Shown here one piece after another: positions 25,475-32,000 of a stretch of DNA of 32,000 nt. Numbering within the stretch: the first letter of the stretch is position 1; each line of letters starts with the position of its first letter. A model generated the notes under the pieces. It made no database searches. It was not told the origin of the DNA and worked only from the letters and a program-made list of their open reading frames with translations. Origin of the DNA: Promethearchaeota archaeon (GTDB taxonomy: Archaea > Asgardarchaeota > Lokiarchaeia > Sigyniarchaeales > SOKP01); the NCBI GenBank assembly GCA_030606485.1, contig JAUWGH010000003.1:240001-272000 (forward strand), written 5' to 3'. A program made the position numbers and the translations under genes.

Positions 25475-27148
25475 ATGCAATCTTTAGAATTAAAACCTTT
25501 AAAAAATAAGACTCTTAAGTTAGTATTAGTTGAGAGTGAATTTCCAATAGATTGGTCGTTGGAAGAGCCGACAGGGGAAGAAGCCATTGCTGCAAATATA
25601 TTTTTTGTTTCTAAGGAATATATGGAATTTACTGAAAATTTGGTGAAGAAATACAATCCTGATTTTGCAGTAGAGGATAAAGGGATGAGGTCAAATGATA
25701 GGCTGCTTTATGAGGATGAATTTGTAGATTTATTCAGAAAAAATGAGATCCCCTACAAAATGATAGGCATCCCTGAGAATGCTCTAAATTATATCTCCTC
25801 GGGATTGAATGGTAGTAAAGAACTTATAGAGAAATTTACTTCGGAGATTAGGGAATTAAAAGAAAAAGGCGGAGTTCATCCAAATGATCCACATTATCAA
25901 CAATTAATGATGTGGAGAGAACATTTACGGGATGAGTATAATAAGCAGGAAGATGAGATAAGATATAAAATCCGCGAATCTTGGATGATGATGGGAATTC
26001 TTGAATTAGGAAAAAAAATGGAGAAAAAACACTTGAAGGCATTATTTATTTGTGATAAAAGGCATTTTGATGGCATTTCGACTTTAGCAGATGATCTTGG
26101 AATTGACATTGAACAAATAAATATCAAAAAAGTTGCTAAAGATTTTCATGATGATATTTCTTCGGTAAAAGAATTAGTAAATACATCTGTTCTCGAAATA
26201 ATCCCGATAAAGATAAAGAAAAAAGTGAAGGCGGAAAGTATTTTGTATTTTTTTGATACTGATGAATATGCATCACCTTTTGATATTAATATGGCCTATG
26301 ATGCAGGGTTTAATGTTGTTATTCCTTTTTGCAACATTACGGCTGATAGAGTCGCTAGATTGGTCCAAGATGCTATGTTTTCACGAAAACCAAATGCTCC
26401 AACCGTTTATTTTGTTGGTGGATCAGATGTTGAAGAAGGTGAGAAAGTTGCAGAAGAGGTACAAAATGCACTTGTTCCTCCTTTTGAGGCCCCTGTAATT
26501 ATAGATCCTCGTGGAGCTCATACTACGGCTTCAGCTGTTGTTGCTAAAACCATAGAAATTGCAAGAAAACACGGAATAACAGATTTTACAGGAAAGAAAA
26601 TAGTTATTTTAGGGGGTACGGGACCAGTAGGACAAATTGGAGCGATACTTGCAGCTAAATTTCACGCTACACCCGTAATAATCTCCCGTCGGGAAAAGGC
26701 TGTAAAAGAACTTGCAAAGAAATTAATGGAAAAAGCAGGAGAAGGCGCTTCTGAAATAATTGGAATAGCGGCAACCACCGATGAAGAAAGATTTGAAATA
26801 GTAAAAGATGCCGATATAATTTGGTCAGTTGCAAAAGCCGGAATTCAAATGATATCAAAAGAATTAATGAAAAAACTCCCGCCAAACAAGATTGTTCTTG
26901 ATATTAATTTAGTTCCACCTTACGGAATTGAAGGACTAAAACCAAATTCTAACGACGATGAGATTTATCCAGGGATTTATGGAATCGGTGCTTTAGATAT
27001 AGGACGTCTTAAATATAAAATTGAAAGCCAGATTTTTAAGGATGCAACCAATACCAAGGGAAAGAAGGTGTTCGACTATAACTATGCTTTTGAAACAGCA
27101 AAAAAGATACTATTCGGAACTGAAATTACAGTTACACACACAAAATAA
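25475..27148 (+). CDS. Unknown N-domain fused to MtdA/MtdB-family methylene-H4MPT dehydrogenase, copy B2
   Basis: Same architecture as B1: DTDEYASPFDINMAYDAG, LVQDAMFSR, DPRGAHTTASA, GGTGPVG, ISRR and DINLVPPYGIEG. GAGGT SD upstream. Confidence 0.85.
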   Translation: MQSLELKPLKNKTLKLVLVESEFPIDWSLEEPTGEEAIAANIFFVSKEYMEFTENLVKKYNPDFAVEDKGMRSNDRLLYEDEFVDLFRKNEIPYKMIGIPENALNYISSGLNGSKELIEKFTSEIRELKEKGGVHPNDPHYQQLMMWREHLRDEYNKQEDEIRYKIRESWMMMGILELGKKMEKKHLKALFICDKRHFDGISTLADDLGIDIEQINIKKVAKDFHDDISSVKELVNTSVLEIIPIKIKKKVKAESILYFFDTDEYASPFDINMAYDAGFNVVIPFCNITADRVARLVQDAMFSRKPNAPTVYFVGGSDVEEGEKVAEEVQNALVPPFEAPVIIDPRGAHTTASAVVAKTIEIARKHGITDFTGKKIVILGGTGPVGQIGAILAAKFHATPVIISRREKAVKELAKKLMEKAGEGASEIIGIAATTDEERFEIVKDADIIWSVAKAGIQMISKELMKKLPPNKIVLDINLVPPYGIEGLKPNSNDDEIYPGIYGIGALDIGRLKYKIESQIFKDATNTKGKKVFDYNYAFETAKKILFGTEITVTHTK

Positions 27149-27151
27149 TAA

Positions 27152-27190
27152 CTGTTTTTTTTTATTCTTTATTTTTTTGTTTTATTTTTC
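27152..27190 (+). terminator. T-rich tract downstream of copy B2, convergent with the SDR gene
   Basis: CTGTTTTTTTTTATTCTTTATTTTTTTGTTTTATTTTTC directly after the stop codon. Confidence 0.5.
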
Positions 27191-27264
27191 TTATTAGGCG
27201 TTCAATATGATTGTGCCGTAAAAGTAAGAAATAATTAAAAAATAAAAATTAAATTATTTAGATT

Positions 27265-28116
27265 TTATTCTTTCCCTAATTTTTTTCTAACTTTTTTTAA
27301 GTCCCTATCAGTAATCCAGTGAATCAATTTAGGAAAGTGTCTAAACATTCTCCATGCCAATTTTGACACACCAGGAGGAATTGTATATTTCTTTTTCAAA
27401 ATTCCCTCGACAAATGCGTCTGCAATTTCCTCGGGACTATAGATTTTACTTCGTTCCGACATTATAAGGGTTTCTTTAGGTTTGGTCTTATTTTCCCTTT
27501 CGAATGAAGGTGTGTCAGTATCTGGGGGGAAAAGTATAGATACATTTATATTATAAGGTTTTAATTCATTTCGTAGAATTTCGGTTAGTCCTAAAATTGC
27601 ATATTTAGCTGGTGCATATGCAGCGTAGCCTATTAATGGATAATAACAAACTGCTGAAGAAACAAATGCAATGTACCCTTTCTTATCTTTCATAAAATAT
27701 GGTAGCATAATTAAAGTTGGAATTAATTGTCCGTAATAATTTCCATCTATTTGTTTTTGAAAATCTTCGAGTTTATAGTTTTCGATATAATCTGGAAGTG
27801 CATATCCTACAAAATTAAATAAATAATCGGGAACACGATGTTTTTCTATAAATTCCGCTAAAAGGGGTTTTAATTGCTCTATTTTTGTTGTATCACAAGA
27901 AATCATCTCAACAAATTGTTTATCATTAGTTTTTAAACTTTCTATTTCTTTAACAGCTTTTTTTAAATTTTCCACATTTCTCGCAATGATACAAACACTT
28001 CCCCCTAATTGAACAATATTCTTAGCTGTAGCTTTCCCCATACCAGTAGAACCTCCACTTACAATAACAATTTTTCCATCAAACGGCTGTTTTTTAATCA
28101 ATTTTTCTTTTAACAT
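27265..28116 (-). CDS. SDR oxidoreductase, KDSR (3-ketodihydrosphingosine reductase)-like
   Basis: SGGSTGMG cofactor motif, IAR (NADP-type), VSS, catalytic YAPAK, and ELKPYNI.V...FPPDTDTPSFERENKTKPKET..MSE resembling the KDSR/Tsc10 subfamily signature. Confidence 0.8.
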   Translation of the reverse strand: MLKEKLIKKQPFDGKIVIVSGGSTGMGKATAKNIVQLGGSVCIIARNVENLKKAVKEIESLKTNDKQFVEMISCDTTKIEQLKPLLAEFIEKHRVPDYLFNFVGYALPDYIENYKLEDFQKQIDGNYYGQLIPTLIMLPYFMKDKKGYIAFVSSAVCYYPLIGYAAYAPAKYAILGLTEILRNELKPYNINVSILFPPDTDTPSFERENKTKPKETLIMSERSKIYSPEEIADAFVEGILKKKYTIPPGVSKLAWRMFRHFPKLIHWITDRDLKKVRKKLGKE

Positions 28117-28290
28117 AAAATCATCACTCTAAAATTATTATTTTTCAATTAAAATATAATTAAATTTTGATAATAAAAATATTAAACTTAATTCTTAAAA
28201 TTCTCTAAAAAAATTATTTTTAATAAATGATTCTTTATTCGATTTTCTAAATTTAAAAAATATAAATTTCATATTTCAATATTTAATTTA

Positions 28291-29571
28291 ATGGCTAAAA
28301 CAAGAACTATTGAAGAAATTACACAAAAAATCGAAAAAAACACCGCCGTCGTAATGACGGCGCAAGAATTCTTGGATAACATTGCAGAGGGTGAAAAAAT
28401 TGAATTCGAAGATGTTGATGTAATTACAACTGCGACAAAAGGATTAATGAGTGGAATTGCTGGAATATTTTCTTTTCGATTAGCTGAACCAAAAAAATAT
28501 AGAAAATTTAAAGAAATAACCTTAAATGGAATTCCCGGTTATGTTGGTCCATGTCCTAATGAATTTTTAGGCGTAATTGATGTAATTGTATATAGCACAG
28601 CTCATAGTAAAACGAGAACCAATTATACAGGTGGTTTTTTATTTAGAGATCTCGTTGAAAATAAACCAATTGAAATGAAAGCAGAAACTGAAGAAGGAGT
28701 CGTAATAGAGAAAATGTTGAGCTTAAAAGATATGCAATTTGCAAGACTAATGGGGACTCGTCAAGCAATTAAAAATTATAGTGCAATGATGAATCCAACA
28801 AAAGAATATGTAGAGACTATTTTTTCAGCTCTAAAATTTGAACCAAATAATTCTCAACTAACATTTTCTGGGTGTGGAGCATTAAATCCACTTCAAAATG
28901 ATCCTGATTTTGAGACTATTGGAGTGGGTACTCCTGTATTAGTTAATGGAAGTATAGGATATGTTATGGGACCAGGAACTAGAAATTATATTTTAAAACC
29001 AAATTTAATGACTATCGCAGATTTTGAGGGAATGAAACCCGAATATATGGGTGCATTTATGACATCATATGGACCAGAACCAATATGTTCTATTGCAGTA
29101 CCATTTCCTATTTTGAATGAGAAGATTCTAAACAATATGGTTAAATCAGATAAAGATGTTCCTCTTCAAATTTTAAACTTAGTTGGAAGAGAAAAAATGG
29201 GTGAAATTACTTATGGGGATGTCTGGGATAATAATTACCTAATAACATTTGATCCTAAAAAATGTATAAAATGTGAAACTTGTCCAGTTGAAACTGATTG
29301 CCCAACCCATGCATTTACTGTGGAAAAGGGTATTGATAAAACAAGATGTTATAATTGTGGAACTTGTATTCAAATGTGTCCTGAACCCGCTTTTATTGGT
29401 GATTTAAAAAGCATTAAATTTGAAGGTAAGGAAGTTCCAGTCGTATTACGTCAATCAGATAGATTCGGAGCAATAAAATTAGCGGAAGAATTAAAATCAC
29501 TAATTTTAAAAGGAGAATTTCCTTTAAAGGAGTCTATTGCAAAAATAAAATTTTATAAATATAAGATATAA
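28291..29571 (+). CDS. DUF39/HcyBio-domain protein with ferredoxin (methanogenesis marker 16 metalloprotein type)
   Basis: RTIEEI..KI....AVVMTAQE, VDVITTATKGLMSG, FSGCG.LNPLQNDP, IGVGT..LVNG..GYV.G.GTR, and two Cys clusters (CIKCETCPVETDCP; CYNCGTCIQMCP) before RQSDR..A.KLAEELK. Confidence 0.8.
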   Translation: MAKTRTIEEITQKIEKNTAVVMTAQEFLDNIAEGEKIEFEDVDVITTATKGLMSGIAGIFSFRLAEPKKYRKFKEITLNGIPGYVGPCPNEFLGVIDVIVYSTAHSKTRTNYTGGFLFRDLVENKPIEMKAETEEGVVIEKMLSLKDMQFARLMGTRQAIKNYSAMMNPTKEYVETIFSALKFEPNNSQLTFSGCGALNPLQNDPDFETIGVGTPVLVNGSIGYVMGPGTRNYILKPNLMTIADFEGMKPEYMGAFMTSYGPEPICSIAVPFPILNEKILNNMVKSDKDVPLQILNLVGREKMGEITYGDVWDNNYLITFDPKKCIKCETCPVETDCPTHAFTVEKGIDKTRCYNCGTCIQMCPEPAFIGDLKSIKFEGKEVPVVLRQSDRFGAIKLAEELKSLILKGEFPLKESIAKIKFYKYKI

Positions 29572-29581
29572 AAATTAAAGT

Positions 29582-30034
29582 ATGAAAAATATGTCTGAAA
29601 TAAAAATTCCTAAATTTGACCAAGTAGGTATTGTTGTAAAAGATATCGAAAAAGCTGCGGAGATCTTTGGAAAGCTTCTTAACTTTCGAGCTAAACTAAA
29701 TATCGTTGAACAAAGTAGCGATGTAAATTATAAAGGTCAGGAAGGAACTGTGAAAATGAAAAAAATTATGCAGCATTGGGGGGATAAACAGTTAGAAATT
29801 GTGGAAGTCGTAGAAGCCACAGGGCCTAATGTTTATTCCGATGCGATCGAAGCAGGACGATTTGGATTACATCACCTAGGAACATATACCAAAAACGCAG
29901 ACGAAATGTTAAAATTTTTCAAAGAAAAGTATAATATCGATGTTATCCAAAGCGGAAAAGCCGGGAAAGTTAATTTTTATTACCTCGATACCGAAAAAAT
30001 ATTAGGATTTATTCTAGAACTTATTAATATTTAA
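29582..30034 (+). CDS. VOC family protein (glyoxalase/methylmalonyl-CoA epimerase-like)
   Basis: DQVGIVVKDIEKA, LEIVE, GLHHLG and terminal LELI metal-ligand pattern (Q/E/H/E). Start may be 29591. Confidence 0.8.
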   Translation: MKNMSEIKIPKFDQVGIVVKDIEKAAEIFGKLLNFRAKLNIVEQSSDVNYKGQEGTVKMKKIMQHWGDKQLEIVEVVEATGPNVYSDAIEAGRFGLHHLGTYTKNADEMLKFFKEKYNIDVIQSGKAGKVNFYYLDTEKILGFILELINI

Positions 30035-30051
30035 TATTATTAATCAAATCA

Positions 30052-31812
30052 ATGAGAAAAATTATGAGTAAAGAAAAAAAAGAAGAAAGTTATAATGGTG
30101 GGGATTTATTTGTCCAATGCTTACTTAATGAAGGCGTGGAGTATATATTTGGCATTGTAGGAGGGCAATTATTAGCGATTTATGATGCGATAAATCGATG
30201 GGGTAAGGATAAAGGCATCGATACCATAATGACAAGACACGAACAAGCAGCAGGACACATGGCTGATGGCTACGCAAGAGTTACCGGGAAAATCGGTGTA
30301 TGTATGGGTACCGTAGGACCCGGAGTGACTCATTTAATACCAGCTGTCGCCGCCGCATACATGGATTCGATACCTCTCCTCGTTATAGGTGCCCAAATTT
30401 TAAGGGTACAAGACCGTAAAGGTTTTTATCAAGGCGATGTTCAACAAATAGAAATGTTGAGACCAATTACTAAGTTTCAAATTAGAGTAGAGGAACCTAA
30501 TAAAATCCCCGGTGCAGTTCGGGCTTGCTTTATTGAAGCTTTATCTGGAAGACAGCGCCCAGTTTTTCTAGAGATAAGGGAATCTGCTCTAACGGGCAGA
30601 GTTAGTAAAGAAGTTATGGAACAGATATGGAGTCCAGAATTGTACAGACCTCAAACAAAGCTTTTTGGGGATCCAAAACAAATTGAGAAAGCATTAGAAC
30701 TCCTTAAAAATGCGAAGAAACCGTTTTTAATAGTTGGGGGCGGCGTAATGAGGTCAGGAGCTTGGGAGGAGTTGAGGAAATTTTCAATTAAATACAAAAT
30801 CCCGATTGGAACAACACCCAATGGGGTGGGAGCATTAGGAAAGGATGACGAAACCTTTGTTGGTACGACCGTGGGACCAACTTATATGCAAAACACTGCT
30901 AAAACCGCGGATGTCGTGATGGCTGTGGGTTGTAAGTGGGATTTCACTTTATTTTTCGGAGGTGCGCCCTTATGGGGGTCCAATCAAAAGACTATACATG
31001 TGGACATTGATCCTCAAGTTATAGGATTAAACCGTAAGACGGATATCGGAATAGTAGCCGATGCAAAGGCGGCTTTAACCCAAATTTTAGAGAAAAGTGA
31101 TGAGTACCTAAAAGAAAATCAATTTTCTGAGTGGAACATTCAAGTTCAAGAATATAAGGAAAAACGAGAGCAATTAGAATTAAAACCAAAAATTTCGGAA
31201 AAAGTTCCTATTCAGACGCAAAGATTATTAAATGAAATCTTCGATTTCTTTCCAAAAGAAACGATTTTTGCAATAGATGGCGGTGATCTTGCTACATTTT
31301 GTTGGATGCAAGTTAATACAAAGCATAGACCTCCACGAAGTACTTTAGCTTCTATTTCAATGGGTCATTTAGGAGTTGGGATTCCGTATGTAATCGGCGC
31401 AAAATTTGCATTTCCGGATAAACCATGTGTAAATATAGTAGGTGACGGCTCATTCCTATTTAATGTACAAGAACTCGATACATCTATAAGATACAAATTG
31501 CCAATCATAAATATAATTGCAAATAATAGTGCGTGGGGCATGATTAAAAGTGGGCAACGATATGGCTGGAATAAACGATATTATAATGTAGATCTTATAG
31601 GAACTGACTATGCTCGGATTGGAAAGGGTTTTGGATGTTATGCTGAAACAGTTGAAAAACCAGAAGATCTCAAACCTGCCTTTCAGCGGGCGATAGATTC
31701 GAGATTACCTGCAGTAATAAATGTAATATTGGAGTTTAAAACACCAGTTGCTACAAAAATACTCCAAACAATGAAAAAAGCAACAATAAAAAAGGCGCAA
31801 AAAGCAAAGTGA
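30052..31812 (+). CDS. Thiamine-diphosphate enzyme, acetolactate synthase-like / 2-hydroxyacyl-CoA lyase (ILVBL/HACL) family
   Basis: TRHEQAAGHMADGYARVTG, GPG and the TPP motif GDGSFLFNVQEL...IIANNSAWG. Start may be 30064. Confidence 0.88.
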   Translation: MRKIMSKEKKEESYNGGDLFVQCLLNEGVEYIFGIVGGQLLAIYDAINRWGKDKGIDTIMTRHEQAAGHMADGYARVTGKIGVCMGTVGPGVTHLIPAVAAAYMDSIPLLVIGAQILRVQDRKGFYQGDVQQIEMLRPITKFQIRVEEPNKIPGAVRACFIEALSGRQRPVFLEIRESALTGRVSKEVMEQIWSPELYRPQTKLFGDPKQIEKALELLKNAKKPFLIVGGGVMRSGAWEELRKFSIKYKIPIGTTPNGVGALGKDDETFVGTTVGPTYMQNTAKTADVVMAVGCKWDFTLFFGGAPLWGSNQKTIHVDIDPQVIGLNRKTDIGIVADAKAALTQILEKSDEYLKENQFSEWNIQVQEYKEKREQLELKPKISEKVPIQTQRLLNEIFDFFPKETIFAIDGGDLATFCWMQVNTKHRPPRSTLASISMGHLGVGIPYVIGAKFAFPDKPCVNIVGDGSFLFNVQELDTSIRYKLPIINIIANNSAWGMIKSGQRYGWNKRYYNVDLIGTDYARIGKGFGCYAETVEKPEDLKPAFQRAIDSRLPAVINVILEFKTPVATKILQTMKKATIKKAQKAK

Positions 31813-31874
31813 TAAAAATTTTTTTATATTCTTTTTTATTAAATGGATACTTAAATTAGAAAAAAATCAATTTA

Positions 31875-32000
31875 TTAGATTTCAACAAGGATTTTAATAA
31901 AATCTCTTTCTCCGGGTTTAAGAAATCTTTCAAAACCTGTTTGAATCTTGTCTAAAGGTATCACATCTGTAATGAAATGAGAGGGATTAACTTTATTATC
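31875..32000 (-). CDS. 3' end of a probable medium-chain (Zn-type) dehydrogenase, partial
   Basis: Manual translation DNKVNPSHFITDVIPLDKIQTGFERFLKPGERDFIKILVEI* resembles the MDR C-terminus (P..IT..PL..I..GFE......IK.LV). Only 41 aa are visible. Confidence 0.55.
   Translation of the reverse strand, partial: DNKVNPSHFITDVIPLDKIQTGFERFLKPGERDFIKILVEI

Noticed and set aside
1052-27000. About 25 short (60-130 aa) ORFs in the supplied track overlapping longer genes, e.g. 3475..3738, 6839..7186, 9725..10012, 13406..13762, 17585..17974, 22748..23038
   Set aside because: They are antisense or alternate-frame shadows of well-supported genes and have no recognisable motifs.
21313-27148. Repeated segments considered as a mobile element or CRISPR-like array
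   Set aside because: The repeats are diverged coding paralogs, with no transposase, terminal repeats or regularly spaced identical repeats.
31810-31815. TGA stop as possible selenocysteine readthrough in the TPP enzyme
   Set aside because: TGA is immediately followed by TAA and the protein is already complete.

Overview
AT-rich, gene-dense archaeal DNA, very probably from an Asgard archaeon (Lokiarchaeia/Promethearchaeota-like). This is inferred from a Loki-type profilin and a membrane-fused longin-like domain. No rRNA, tRNA, CRISPR array or mobile element is visible. Left to right: a partial MBL-fold hydrolase; a LutA/LutB-like Fe-S pair; an acyl-CoA ligase; a surface glycoprotein; two membrane proteins; a minimal MacB/FtsX-type ABC system divergent from profilin; DUF3795; an HDAC-family deacetylase; and a polytopic membrane-longin protein. 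The standout is a minus-strand operon (20806->15459). It encodes a winged-helix DNA-binding domain fused to a partly eroded HdrA and MvhD, an MvhG-like small subunit, an MvhA-like [NiFe] large subunit and a kinase-less membrane/GAF-like sensor. The large subunit carries two hallmarks of bacterial H2-sensing hydrogenases: Gln for His in the L1 motif and no C-terminal maturation tail. I interpret this as a candidate archaeal H2/redox-sensing transcriptional regulator built from Hdr-Mvh parts. Divergent from it is a tandemly duplicated cluster with five copies of an uncharacterised domain. Two copies are fused to MtdA/B-type methylene-H4MPT dehydrogenases with opposite predicted cofactor specificity (NAD vs NADP), and both promoter regions are enriched in TTRTCAA half-sites. 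The right end holds a KDSR-like SDR, a marker-16/DUF39 metalloprotein, a VOC protein, a TPP enzyme and the 3' end of an MDR dehydrogenase. All family calls are from motif recognition by eye; no database searches were run.
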